Of a stretch of DNA of 64,000 nt, positions 1 through 13,154 are shown one piece after another. Below the pieces are notes generated by a model that saw nothing but the letters and a program-made list of their open reading frames with translations, ran no database searches and was not told the origin of the DNA. Location: contig NC_086097.1 in the NCBI RefSeq assembly GCF_963921235.1, forward strand, positions 7,874,001-7,938,000. The letters run 5' to 3'. This stretch comes from Mobula hypostoma (lineage: Eukaryota). The first letter of the stretch is position 1; each line of letters starts with the position of its first letter. A program made the position numbers and the translations under genes.

Positions 1-427
1 ACTGTATTCCTTGGAGTTTAGAAGAATGAGGGGAAACCTCATAGAAACATTTCGAATGTTGAAAGGCATAGACAGAGTGGATGTGGCAAAGTTGTTTTCC
101 AAGATGGGGGAGTCTAGTACGAGAGGGCATGACTTACGGATTGAAAGGCGCCCATTCAGAACAGAAATGCCAAGAAATTTTTTTAGTCAGAGGGTGGTGA
201 ATCTATGGAATTTGTTGCCATGGGCAACAGTGGAGGCCAAGCCATTGGGTGTAGTTAAGGCAGAGATTGATGGGTATCTGAGTAGCCAGGGTATCAAAGG
301 TTATGGTGAGAAGGCAGGGGAGTGGGACTAAATGGGTGAATGGATCATCTCATGACAAAACGGTGGAGCAGACTCGATGGGCCAAATGGCCGACTTCTGC
401 TCCTTTGTCTTATGGTCTTATGGTCTA
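1..427 (+). mobile_element. CR1 LINE 3' end (ORF2 C-terminus plus 3' UTR)
   Basis: ORF 11-331 has the CR1 C-terminal motifs TRGH...RNFFSQRVVNLWN; ends in a (TCTTATGG)n tail. Confidence 0.93.
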
Positions 428-2680
428 ATCTAAGTCCTTCTGCATCCTACCTGTTTTCTCAACACTATGTACCCTTCCATCAATCTTTGTATCATCTGCA
501 AACTTGGCAATAAAACCATCTATTTCATCATCTAAATCATTGATATACACAGCATAAAAAGAAACAGCCCCGAAACCAACTCCATGGAACACCATTAGTC
601 GCTGGCAGCCAGCCAGAAAGGATCCTTTTATTCCCACTCGCTGCCTCCTACCAATCAGCCAATGCTCTAACTATGTCAGTAACTTTCCTGTAATACCACG
701 GGCTCTTAAATTAGTAAGCAGCCTCATGTGTGGGACTTTGTCAGAGGACTTCTGAAAACCAAAATGACAACATGCACTGCATCCCCTTTAACTATCCAAC
801 TTGTAATCTCCTCAAAGAATTCCAACAAGGTTTTCCCTGAAAGAAACCCTGTTGACTTTGTACTATCTCGTCCTATGTCACCAAGTACTCCATTAACTTA
901 TCCTTAACAATTAACTCCAACATCTTCCCAACCACTGAGATCAGGCTAACTGGTCTATAATTTCCTTCCTGCTGCCTTCCTCCTTTCTTAAACTGTGGAG
1001 TGACATATGCAATTTTCCAGTCCTCTGGCACCATGCCAGAGTCAAATGATTTTTGGAAGATCATTACTTTCTTTCTTTTCAAATCTTTTTTATTATTATT
1101 ATCCAAAATTAACAAGAGTACATCGAAATAGGCAACACTTACAATGTCTCAAGAAAAAATAACATTGTTTTAAAGATTGAAAAAATTTTGGTCACAAAAA
1201 AAAGAGAAAAAAAAACTCTACTAAAGCAAAGAAAAGTGAGAAAAAAAAACCTATTAGGTGTTCAACCCGGAGCTATGTGTCATACAAAAAGCTTCTAATG
1301 ACAAACATCAAACCGCCAGCAAGAAATAAAATGTACCAAAAATTTACAATTAAATCATGGAGGAAATCTATCAATTAACTCAAATGATAGTAATGAGCGG
1401 ATGAACCCCATCTTTTCTCAAAATCAAACATAGGTTCAAAGGTTCGACTTCTAATTTTCTCCAAACTAAGATAAAGCATCACTGGAAGATCATTACTAAT
1501 GCCTCATCAATCTCTACCACTACTTCTTTCAGAGCTTAGGTGCAGTTCTTCTGGTCCGGGTGTACTCTTAAGTCTTCCATTTTTTGAGCATGTTTTCCCT
1601 TGTAATAGTAACTACACTCACTTCTCTTCCCTTGCACCCTTCATTCCAGCCTCATTTTCTAGTGATCCTATAATCCACTCTCAGCTCTCTTTTATTTCTT
1701 ACATACTTGAAAGAGCTTTAACTATCTTCTTTGTCTGCTAGCTGGCTTTCATATTTCATCTTTTTCCTCTTCTTTTAGGTGTCCTCTGTAGATTTTTAAA
1801 GTTTCCTAATTGTCTGTCTTAGCACTAATTTTTGTGTTGCATGCCCTCTCTTTTGCTTTCACATTGGCTTTGATTTCCCTTGTCAGCCACGGTTCTACTA
1901 TTTTGCCATTGGAGTATTTGTTTGTTTCTGCAACTTCCTTATTTTTCCCAGAAACTCACACCATTGTTGCTCTGCTGTCATCCCTGCCAGCAACTCCTTC
2001 CTATTTACTTTGGCCAACTCCTCTCTCATACCACTGTAATTTCCTTTACTCCACTGAAATACTGCTATGTCAAACTTTACCTTCTCCCTATTAAAGTTCA
2101 AAATGAACTCGATCATATTGTGATCACTGCTTCCTAAGGGTTCCTTTTCCTTAAGCTCTCAAATCACCTCCGATTCATTACATAACACCCAATTCAGTAT
2201 AGCTGATCCCTGAGTAGGCTCAACAACAAAGGCTTTAAAAAAAACATCTCATAGACATTCAACAAACTCAATCCCTTGAGATCCATTTCCAACCTGATTT
2301 TCCCAATTAAGCTGCATGTTGAAATCTCCCATGACTGTATGTTATTGCCATCAGGGTTCTTTTATCCTTGCAGTTTCTTAACTCATTCCACAAGGATTCA
2401 ACATCTTCCGATCCTGTGACAACATTTTTCTACTGATTTAATGTCATTCTTTACCAGCAGAGCCACCTTTACCTACCTTCCTATCCCTCTGATACAATGT
2501 GAAATCTTGGACATTCAACTCCCAACTACAACCATCTTTCACCACGATTCAGTGATGGTCACATCATACCTGACAATCTGCAACAGTGCAACAAGATCAT
2601 CCACCTTATTTCTTATACTCGTGCATTGAGATCTATGAGTACAGTATTTGCTACCTTCTTTGGTTCTGCTTCCCTAATGC
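426..2680 (-). mobile_element. Decayed CR1 LINE ORF2 (APE to RT), interrupted by an L1-type insertion
   Basis: Minus-strand motifs YINDLD..IAKFADDTK, VPEDWKIAYVTPQFKKG..NYRPVSL and DHNMIEF. Confidence 0.9.
1069..1482 (-). mobile_element. L1/Tx1-type LINE 3' fragment
   Basis: Minus strand reads LYLSLEKIRSRTFEPMFDFEKRWG then an A-rich tail; 15-bp TSD TGGAAGATCATTACT at 1054-1068 and 1483-1497. Confidence 0.85.
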
Positions 2681-3227
2681 ACTGATGGCACTGTCAATGG
2701 TGGAGTTTCACTGTCCAATATTACCAGATAAATTAGATATTTGAGAGAGCTTATATGTGTAAATGGGAATGGAATATAGACACAAAGCATTGGCGGTCCG
2801 CTGTAATTCATATGGTGAGCTCTGACTCTATTATGAAAACTAGCCTCCCCTACATTGACACTGTTTATACTTCTCGCTGACTGGAGCAGCCAACATAATT
2901 GAAAACCCATTCTATTCTCACACTCATTCTCTCTTCCATTGGGTGCAGAAGATACAAAAGTTTGAGAACATGTACCACCATCCGGGGCTGTTTCACTTCC
3001 GTAGTGTTCCGTAACTCTGAGACATGGTCAATACAGGACTTCAAGTCCAAGACATCTAGTTATGGGATATGAAAGCAAGAGTAAAATGGAGATTAACTAC
3101 CATCTCATTGTATCTGGGTTCATGTTACCCAATGTGATTGTTAGGATCACTCCTATGAAGTGGAAGGCATTCAAAAGCCAATTTTTAATGGCCAACTTTA
3201 AATGCACACAAAGGTGGAAGTCAGAGT

Positions 3228-3340
3228 AACACACATAAAATGCTGGAGGAACATAGCACGTACAGCAGGATCTATATAAATAAATAAACAGTCAATGTTT
3301 CTGGTGAGACATTTCACCAGGACTGGAAAGGAAGGGAGAA
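3228..3340 (-). mobile_element. Degenerate Penelope-like terminal repeat fragment
   Basis: Similar to the reverse complement of the 38145-38275 family, with an eroded hammerhead. Confidence 0.6.
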
Positions 3341-3574
3341 GAAATTAGAAGTTTGGTGTAAGTCAGCCATCTATTTGGAACCTGGTCACTTTAGACTTTG
3401 CCATGAAGGGTTTCCAGGAATTTCTGGGATAATCAGTCAGTAGGAATATTCATGGTCTAATATAAGAAACATGTCTGACGAGTTCACTGTAGGCCACTGT
3501 AGTAAGAAGACACACAAAAATATATGTGCTTTTTCTCAAAGTTGCACAGACTACCAAAGAATGACCAAGTAAGT

Positions 3575-4282
3575 GATAGATTCAGGAACAGTTATTACCC
3601 CTCAACCATCAGGCTCTTGAACCAGAGTGGATAACCTCACTCAATTTCACACACTCCAACAGTGAACTATTCCCACAACCTTTGGAGTCACTCTTAAGGA
3701 CCCTCCATCTCATGTTCTGAATATTTATTGTTTTTTTTTTGTATTGCATAGTTTATTGTCTTGTTCTGTGCGGCCTTTCATTGATTCTATTGTATTTCTT
3801 AGTGTTTACTGTGAATGCCCGCAAGAAAATGAATCTGTGATGTGATGCCTAGGCAGGGTTGGGAAAAACCAAGTGCTGGAGTTTCTGAGACTAGAATCGA
3901 GACATGACTTTGAGACTGAGATGAAAATAGGGTTTTTAGCTATAATGCTAAACAAGAACCTGATGATATTAGACAAGAATCCAAACAAGACGGAAATCCT
4001 AAAGCAATCGCTAATTGAATCAAAGTTGAACTCATGATCGAGCACTGAAACTGAGTCCAGGTGCTCTTTAAGTACCTAAACTTTGCTGCCAAAACATGAC
4101 CACTAATTAGTGGAGCGGGCCAGAAATCTTAAAGTGACTGTGCCAACTATACATACACTGGACATTCAGAGTGTCTAAATCCCGGAGGCTGGCATGGTTG
4201 GATGCATACCATAACAGAATCTCAGAGTTATCTATGCTGATATATATGTACTTTGATAATTAATTTACTTTGAACTTCGAAC
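3575..4282 (+). mobile_element. Rex1/Babar-like LINE 3' end, split by a solo LTR
   Basis: FRNSYYPSTIRLLN-type end and an AATAA...TACTTTGAAC tail shared with many copies in the window. Confidence 0.7.
3836..4216. mobile_element. Solo LTR (381 bp)
   Basis: TGTGATG...CATAACA termini; perfect 5-bp TSD GAATC (3831-3835, 4217-4221); the host repeat rejoins when it is removed. Confidence 0.8.
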
Positions 4283-6028
4283 ATTTCCAGTCACAGATTC
4301 TTTATCAGATCTGGGTAAAGAGAAGCTTGTAAAACTGCAGAGAGTGTGCAGTGAGAGGATAGCTCGAATGGAGTAAAATGGTTTGACCATGCAGATAAGC
4401 AGCAAGCAAGGTTATCTAGTCAGTGAGTAAATAACAGAAGCTGGAGAATGAGACCATACTGAAAAAGTACATTTTTATTATTTTCATGATGGTTGAAGGG
4501 TAGTAACTGTTACCCTTTCTCATGAATTATTGCAATTTTACTTTACGTGCACATATCATTTAGTGCAATCAAGGACAGAGTGACAGGCATAAACTGCCTT
4601 CTATTTCACCTTTCTGATCCCACAGCAAATAACAAAATAAACATTTGACTGGAAACAAATAATTCTGATTCAACAGATAAGATATTTTTTTCAGGTTTTT
4701 GTAGGAACATGTTGACCATAAATAGTTTATAAATCACTTGTGATGTTGGTGGTTACACGCAGTAGATAATAAATCATATTACTCTACAGAGATAGTGTTT
4801 TGTCAAAAAAAACAGTGAAAGGTTTCTTCTGAACACAGTATTCTTCATTTGCTACTCCAAAACAAAAAAACAATGACCTCGATATTTCACAGGTTTGTCA
4901 TGGGGATACAGCCTTAACTTGTTCAGGTGATTGGCTGAAATTTCAGAGAAATAGATGACAGAACAGTGCTGTTTTAAGGTTATTATAGAGTCTATGGATA
5001 TTCTAGGTGTTCCTAATCTCTTACCCAATTTAAATAATTAATTCTTTGCATACCTTTGCATGCTCTCTTCTCACTACTACCGTCAGCAAAGAGGTACAGG
5101 AGCCTTAGGTCCCACACCACCAAGTTCAGGAGCAGTTATTATCCTTCAACCATCAGACTCCTGGACCAGTGTGGATAACTTTACTGACCTCAACTCTGAA
5201 CTGATTCCACAACATATGGACTCTCTTTCAAAGACTCTACATCTCAAGTTCTCAGTATTATGTATTTACTGATTTATTATGTATATTTTTCTCAAGTCGA
5301 GCTGGTTAAACCCAAGGTACAGACATAACAAAGCATCCTCATTTCTCAATTGCTAGGAACTTTCAGTCTATGCTACTGGGTATTTAGCCTTGTGGCTTTC
5401 TGAAGATTTATATGAATATTGTTTAATTATTTACCATTATTGTGTCGTGCCTTTGGGATGATACCAGTTTCAGATTTTAATATTGGGACACGTTCCAAAG
5501 TCTTTCATTTTCCTCTTTAAATTCAGCATGTTTCTGATATTTTTCACTTATTGATTTCTGTAAGTTATGTGTGTTTGAAATGGCCATATCTATTAAATAA
5601 GTTGTTTGTGCTTGTTTATCCTGCTGTGTATTTTATCTGAACAGTTATTATAGATTGTCCTATCTGCAATAACTGATTGGTCATAATATAATTTCAAGTA
5701 TTCTGACTGTAAAACTAGATCAGGCTTGTATTTATGGTAAGGATACATTATACAGGTTTAGCAAAAATGTTTATTCCCTTTGTTATACTTTTACAGTTGA
5801 GCTCTGTTTGGCAGATTTTCTTAAGCCCTGAAGTAATTTCAATCAAAAGCTTTTCCTTTATCACACTATGATCTATTTTCTCTCCTTATTGATATCTCAG
5901 ATACTTACACATTTCATAGTCATTCATCAGTTATATTGTATCCTGCTGCTCTGTTTTGTATTCTATTAGCTCTATTGCACCTTTATTTATGTTTAATGTT
6001 CTGTATTTATCCAGTCCAAAATTCATGT

Positions 6029-7012
6029 TTATTTGAGCTGGGTACGGGTATCGATTGCAACTGACGTATCAATGACAAACTCTGCCATCTTCTGCAGGGA
6101 TGACGCCTGAGTATATCTAGACTGATGGTATTTATACCCCCATAGTCCGTCCCTCCTGATAGTCCTCATCCAATCAGGTTTCTGCAGTCACAACTTATTT
6201 ACAATCAAATTCCAGTTCTTACTTAGAGCAAGGTCTTCGTCTTTGTTAAAATTCTTTTCCTCTAGTTTTATTACAATGATTTCCTTCTTCAGGATCCTGG
6301 TGATTCTTCCAGATCCTTAAAAGGGATGACAGAAAAACCAGGAAAACTAACAATGAGGAAAAACCCATCACTACTGCCTGATCCCCTATATTTCCACAGT
6401 TTCTGGAAGGATCACCAGGATCCTGAAGAAATACCGGATTAATATCATCCACAAACCTGAAAGGAAGCTCAAGTCACAGCTTATGCGGGTCAAAGATGAC
6501 CTGGGATTCAGGTCGACTTGTGTTTACAGGATTCCCTGTGATTTCAGAGCAGCGTATATTGGCCAGATGGGATGCACAGTGGAAACTCACATCAAGGAGC
6601 ACAGGAAGTATATCCTTTTGGGCTACCCAGAGAAATCAGTGGTAGCAGAACACTGCATTCACAATGACCACAGGATTGACTTTGAAGCCACCAAACTGCT
6701 GTGCCTTTCCAATGGTTTTTGGGATCGCCTGGTGAAGATAGCTATTGAAATAAAACTAGAGGAAAAGAATATTAACAAAAGTATAAGTCTCACTCTAAGG
6801 AAGAACTTGAATTTGATTGTAAACTAGGTGGGGGAGTGGAAACCTGATTGGATGAGGAACAACCAATCAGAAGGGACGGACTATGAGGGTATAAATACCA
6901 CCTGTCTAGACATACGCAGGCATCATCCCTGAAAATGATGGTAGAGTTTGACATTGAAACATCAGTTATAATCGATATGTGTACCTGGCTGGAAGCTCAA
7001 GAAAAGTTTATT
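6029..7012 (+). mobile_element. Penelope-like element 3' part with an inverted 5' duplication
   Basis: About 6029-6280 is the reverse complement of about 6745-7005; GIY-YIG ORF between them; pLTR has CCAAT, TATAAA and a hammerhead remnant. Confidence 0.88.
6483..6827 (+). pseudogene. Penelope GIY-YIG endonuclease domain (decayed)
   Basis: CVYRIPC...YIGQ...IKEH...SVVAEH...RLVKIAIEI matches the PLE GIY-YIG pattern. Confidence 0.88.
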
Positions 7013-7447
7013 CAGGTATCTGCATTTCTTCAATCGCATGTGTGTGTTCTTTTCCCTCCCTAATCCATCTTGCTCCTTGATTTTGTGTCACCCTGTTTCA
7101 CCGGATATTTGATCAAAAGTTCATTATCTCTATGTTGATAATTCTGTGCTAGGGTTAATGAAATTTTGGTGCGCTGAATTTAGTTTTAATGACCTATATA
7201 AAACTTTTCATGGTTTCTGAACTGATCATTCTGTTTTCTTCAACTGGTGCATTCCATGTATCTATTTAGTCTGGCTTTGTTTGCACCAAGCTTTTGTTTT
7301 AATGCAACTATAAATTCTACAGTGCTTTTGTTAGGCTGATCATATCCATGTATGGACATTATATTTCCTGAGCATTTCCTTAGTGTTTTTCTTACCTTTC
7401 TTGCTCGGGTTATCCTTTTATTATTAAATTATTATTTTGTATTTTTA

Positions 7448-7680
7448 TTCTTTCTCAGCTCAAGCTGGTAAAACCTGAGGTATGAGCATAGCCAAACACG
7501 CTCATTCATCAATTGCTTAGGACTTTTGGACTAATTCTAGTGGTGTTTAATATTGTGGCTTTCTGAATATTTAGATTAATATTGCGGTGTAGGCCGACTT
7601 CTTTAGTGCTATTGTGTAGTGATTTTAAGATGTTACCAATTGTAGCTATTACTATCAGGACAATGTATACCCTGTTCATT
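7448..7680 (-). mobile_element. Short R4/Dong 3' end
   Basis: IQKATILNTTRI C-terminus, 3' UTR similar to 5286-5400, flanked by (ATT)n-like repeats. Confidence 0.75.
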
Positions 7681-7891
7681 ATTATTATTATGTAATTGCA
7701 CAATTTGTCCTTTTTGTACATTGGTTATTTGTCAATCCTTGTATGGAGTCTTTCATTGGTTCTATTGTATTTCTTCGTTCTGCCTTGAATGCCTGCAAGA
7801 AAATAATTCAGAGGGTGGTATATGGTGACATTTACATACTTTGATAATAAATTTACTTTGAACTTTGAACTTTTTGAACACCTACCCCCAT

Positions 7892-7960
7892 GTCTCTCTC
7901 TCTCTCTCACACACACACACTCTTTCTCTCACTCTCATTCCTTTCCTCTCTTTTCTCAGT
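7892..7960. repeat. (CT)n(CA)n microsatellite and pyrimidine tract
   Basis: Read directly. Confidence 0.9.
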
Positions 7961-8827
7961 CTTTCACAGTAGTGGAGACTTTAGTCTACAAGTTATATGG
8001 GCTTTATTTATGCATTTACCTCTTCCTGGGTGGGTGAGATTTTAAGAAACTCGAACCAGTAATTTGCCTGCTTCCCCACATTTCGGTGGACATCCTGCGA
8101 GTAATTATTTCAGGATTGTGCAGGATACATGCACAAGAGCCAGCTGAATTTCATTTGTCTCTCACTGTAAACCTCTGGCCAGCCAACATTCCAGCAACTT
8201 TTATCAAGGGATTGCTTGGCAGAAGGAAGAAATCACAGGCTGGAGATTAGATACCAGCAGAAAGGGAAAGCACCAGAGCACCAGTAGACAAAACTGCAGA
8301 AGTATTCACATACCAGATACGAAAATAAATTGGTTGCACTGTATTTGAACTTAAAGCAGAAGTTTAATTTTTTTCTGATTCAATATCATGCTGGATCCCA
8401 GAAAGTAATGGAAAATGGCCAAGCAAGTGGAAGAGCAATGGCATTGCTCCTCCAGCCTCCCCAGCACCAGAATCAGAATGATTTTGATTGCCAGTACAGT
8501 ATGTGAAGCATACCAGGATTGATTGTGGTTCAGTGCCGAGCATAAAACACAGGACAGTAACAAAACAGACAACACTACAACAAGCAACAATTTACAAGAC
8601 AATAGTACAAACGGCCATGAGGAATCAACAATTAGAAGGACGGTCACATGCATAAACATCAATAAGCAAATTTACAAACGTTTGTAAATAAAAGTGAACA
8701 TATGAACAGACTAAATAATTATCAACAGAACAAAGAGAGGAAGAGAGACCATTTAGTGGAGGTTGTTCAAGGAGAGGTAGGGTATTACATCTGAACTAAG
8801 TTTCTGAAGAAGCTGAATAGCTACAGG

Positions 8828-9220
8828 AGTTGGACTGATCAATGTCAGGGCTGCATAAAAATAGCTTGTTTTCAATCAGGTCAGTGATCGAGACTTTAAA
8901 GACAAGGGCCGTGTTCTGTCCACACTCTTGTACGGGCCAGAACATTGGCACATAACAGAACAACCACAGCAGTTTCTCTGAGTTGAGGAGTCACCAATCA
9001 GTTAGAGGCAGCGTGTCAAAAGAGCTACCTTTCAGTCAGGTCCGTGTTCAGGATTTAAAAGACACAGCTTTGCGGCAGTTTCTCTGAGTTGGACAATTAA
9101 CATCAGGGTTGCATAAAAAGAGATTGTTTTCAATCAGTAAGGCGACTGAGATTTCAAAGGCAGAGCTTTGCGGCAGTTTCTCTGAGTTGGCGAGCAACCA
9201 ATCAGCAAGATGGATTCATT
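8828..9220 (+). repeat. About 100-bp diverged tandem monomers upstream of a CR1 ORF1
   Basis: GCAGTTTCTCTGAGTTG at 8969, 9075 and 9173, plus a partial unit at 8828; CCAATCAG motifs. Confidence 0.75.
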
Positions 9221-12200
9221 AGAAAAGGCCAATAAAAATAACACAGGTGCAAGTGGAATGACCATTCTTTCGAGTGTGCCAGAGCTTAGAGTGGTTCTGG
9301 CAAATCAGGATTAGGTGATATCAGACTTGAGTGAGGTAAAGTATCCTGTAAGTTATTCTCTTTCTGTTCTTATTTGCTCGTTCCTTATCTGTTAGGGCAC
9401 AGTCGTTTAGTGAGAATGGCTTTAGGGACAGTGTCTTGTACTGTGTGTGGGATGTGGGAAGTCTGGGAGACTCCCAGTCTCCCGGATGAACACATTTCCA
9501 TCAGGTGCACCAAGCTGCAGCTCCTGAGAGACCATATTAAAGAATTGGAGCTGCAGCTTGATGAACTTCAACTCGTACAGGAGAATAAGGAGATAATGGA
9601 CAGGGGATACAGGGAGATAGACATCACTACATTGCAGGAAACAGGTAACTGGGTGACTGACAGGAGAAAGCAGGGAAACGCACAACCACAGCAGAGTACA
9701 TCTGTGGTCATTACACGCAATAATAAGTATACAACTTCAGATACTGTTGAGGGGACAGTGTACCAGGGTGGAGGCTCAGTGACTGCACCTCTGGCACTGA
9801 GTCTGGTGCTGTGGCTCAGAAGAGCAGAGAGCTGAAGAGGACTGCAGTGTCGATAGGAGATTCCATCGTCAGAGGAATGGAGACGAGGTTCTGTGGGCGT
9901 GGTAGAGACATCAGGATGGTAAGTTCCTCCCTGGTGACAGGATCGGGGATGTTGTGGATCAGGTCCATGGCATTCTTAAGGGTGAGGGTGAGCACCCAAA
10001 AGTCTTGGTGCATGTTGGCACCAATGACATGGGTAAACAAGATGAAGAGGTCCTGAAGAGAGATTTTACAGAGCTAGGTAGAAAGCTGAGAAACAGGACT
10101 TCCGGGGTAGTAATCTCTGGATTGCTGCCAGTGAGGGTAAGAAGAGGATGATTTGGCAGATGAGTGCATGGTTGAGGAACTGTTGCAGGGGCAGGGGTTC
10201 AGAGTTATGGAGCATTGGGATCTCTTCTGGGGAAGGTCCGACCTTCAGAAAGGGTACTGGCTGCACTTGAAGCGGAGGGGTTCCAATATCCTTGCAGGTA
10301 GGCTGGCTAGAGTTGTTCAGGAGGGTTTAAACTAATTTAGCAGGGGATGTGAATCAGAATGATATTGCTGAAGATGAGGTAGCGGGTTTACAAACAGAGA
10401 CGGTGTGTAGTGAGGAGAGGCTGATGATAGGGCAAAACTGCAGTCAGCAGGATGAGTTGCAAAGTAAAAAGTGGACAAAATCAAAAAGGGTGAGTAAAGA
10501 ACTGGAGGTGTTTTATTGGAATGCGTACGGTATATGGAATAACATCAAAGAATTTGTCGTACAGTTACAGATTGGCATGTATGATGTTGTGGACATCACT
10601 GAAACACGTCTGAAAGAAGACTAGAGCTGGGTGCTTAAAGTCCAAGAATACACATTGTATTGAAAGGACAGGCAGGAAGGCAGAGGGGGTGGCATTGCTC
10701 AGTTGGTAAAAAATCGAATCATCTCATGAGAAAGAGGTGACAAAGGGTTTTAAGATGTTGAATCATTGTGGATAGAGTAGAGCTAAGCAAATGCAAGGGT
10801 AAAAATACCCTGATGGGAGTTGTATTTGGAGACCCAAACAGTAGTAAAGATGTGGGCTACAACGAGTGATAGAAAATGCATGCCAAAAGGACAATGTTAC
10901 AATAGTCATAGGGGATTTCAATTTGCAGGTAGATTGGGAAAATCAGGTTGGTGCCAGATGCAGAGATGGGTAATTTCTAGAATTCCTATGAGTTAGCTTT
11001 TCAGAACTGTTCATGGTTAAGTCTACTAGGGGATCAGCTATTATGGATTGAGTGTTGTGCAATGAATGGGAATGGATTAGAGAGCTTAAGATAAAGAAAC
11101 CTTAATGGAAAAGTAATCATAATATTCTTGAATTCATCCTGAAATTTGAGAATGAGAAGCTAAGGTCAGATATAGCAATATTACAGTGGAGTAAAAGGAA
11201 TTACAGAATCCATATGAGAGGAACTGGCCAGAGTTGAATGGAAAAGAACACTGGCAGGGATGATGGCAGAGCAGTAATGTCTGTAATTTCTGGGTACTTG
11301 GAGGCATATGATAAAACAGGCCGTAGTCAACATGGTTTCCTCAAGGGCAAATCTTGCCTGACAAATCTGTTACAATTCGTTGAGGAAGCAGGATAGTCAG
11401 AGGAGAGCTGGTTGATGTTGTGTACTTGGATTTTCAGAAGGCCTTTGACAAGGTGCCACACATGAGGCTGCTTAACAGGACACGAGCCCATAGTATTAAA
11501 GAAAACATTCTAGCATGGATAAAGCAGTGGCATGAGGCAAAGAGTGAGAATAAAGGGGAGCCTTTTCAGGTTAGCTGCCAGTGACTAGCAGTATTCCACA
11601 GGGGTCTGCGTTGGGACTGCTTCTTCTTAAGTTATAGGTCCATGATTTTGGATGACGGAATTGATGGCTTTGTTGCAAAGTTTGCAGATGATACAAAGAT
11701 AAGTGGAGGGACAGATAATTTTGAGGAAGTAGAGAGGCTACAGAAGGACTTGGACAGATTTGGAGAAAGTGCAAATAAGTGTCAGATGTCGGGAAGTGTA
11801 TTGTCATGCACTTTGATAGAAGAAATATGAGGGTAGACTGTTTTCTAAATGGTAAGAAAATACCAAAAAACTGAGGTGCAGAGTGTCTTGAGGGTCTTTG
11901 TGCCAGATTCCCGAAGGTTAATTTGCAGGTTGACTCTGTGGTGGGGAAGGCAATTGCGATGTTACTGTTCAATTCAAGAGGACTGGAATATAAAAGCTAG
12001 GATATAATGTTGAGACTGGTGAGTACTAGTGAGGCCTCACTTGGGGCACTGTATTGTGAACACTTTAGGGCCCTTATCATAAAAAGGATGTGTCAAAACT
12101 GGAGAGAGTTCAAAGAAGTTCTCGAAAATGATTCCAGAATTGAACGGCTTGTCATATGAAAAGTGTTTGATGGCTCTGAGCCTGTACTCCCTGGGATTCA

Positions 12201-12605
12201 GAAGAATGAAGGGTGAACTCATTGAACCCTATCAAATGGTGAAAGGCCTTGATTGAGTGGGTGTGGAGAGAGTATTTCCTGTAGTGGGAGAGTCTAAGAT
12301 TAGAAGACAGAGAATCAGAATAGAGGAGTATCCTTTTAGAATGGAGATGAGGAGGAATCTCTTTAGCCAGAGGGTGATGAATCTGTGGAATTCACTGCCA
12401 CAGACAGCTGTGTAGGCTAAGTCTTTTTGTACAGTATATTTAAGGTAGAGGTTGATGGATTCTTGAGTGGTCAGGGTATGAAGGGATACAGGGAGAAGGC
12501 AGGAGATTGGGGTCTGAGGGGAAAAATGGATCAGCCATGATTAAATGGCGGAGCAGACTCGATGGGCCAAGTGGCCTAATTCTGCTCCTATGTCTTATGG
12601 TCTTA
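9220..12605 (+). mobile_element. Near full-length decayed CR1 LINE (ORF1 zinc finger/coiled coil/SGNH esterase; ORF2 APE-RT with an internal deletion)
   Basis: CTVCGMWE; IGDSIVRG; VHVGTND; APE DVVDITET; RT YLDFQKAFDKVPH and KFADDTK; TCTTATGG tail; many stops and frameshifts. Confidence 0.92.
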
Positions 12606-12692
12606 TTACTTCCCGCATATACGTGCCAATCATGTCTTTTCAGCACATCTGCTTCACCAGTTCTAATCACTTCCTCTGAACTGGATTCGCCC

Positions 12693-13068
12693 AATAGACA
12701 ATAGACAATAGGTGCAGGAGCAGGCCATTCAGCCCTTCGAGCCAGCACCGCCATTCACTGTGATCATGGCTGATCATCCACAATCAGTAACCTTTTCCTG
12801 CCTTCTCCCCATATCCCTTGACTCCGCTATCTTTAAGCGCTGTATCTAACTCTTCCTTGAAAGAATCCAGAGAATTGGCCTCCACTGCCTTCTGAGGCAG
12901 AGCATTCCACAGATCCGCAACCCTCTGTGTGAAAAAGTTTTTCCTCGACTCCATTCTAAATGGTCCACCCCTTATTCTTAAACTGCAGCCTCTGGTTCTG
13001 GACTCCCCAAACATCGGGAACATATTTCCTGCCTCTAGTGTGTCCAATCCCTTAATAATCTTATATAG
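12693..13068 (-). mobile_element. CR1 3' fragment with (CTATTGT)n tail
   Basis: ORF 12784-13077 RKNFFTQRVADLWNALP. Confidence 0.9.
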
Positions 13069-13154
13069 CTCAGCCATGATACATTCAACGGTAACATTCG
13101 GAATATAGTGGGTATATTTGATTAAGAGTTTGAGGAGAGTTGGTATGTTTCTTC

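Larger units (their letters stand above)
5286..7420 (-). mobile_element. R4/Dong-clade non-LTR retrotransposon fragments, interrupted by a Penelope element
   Basis: Collinear with 26510-29200; RLE region and RT motif MNFGLDK near 6000-6027. Confidence 0.8.
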
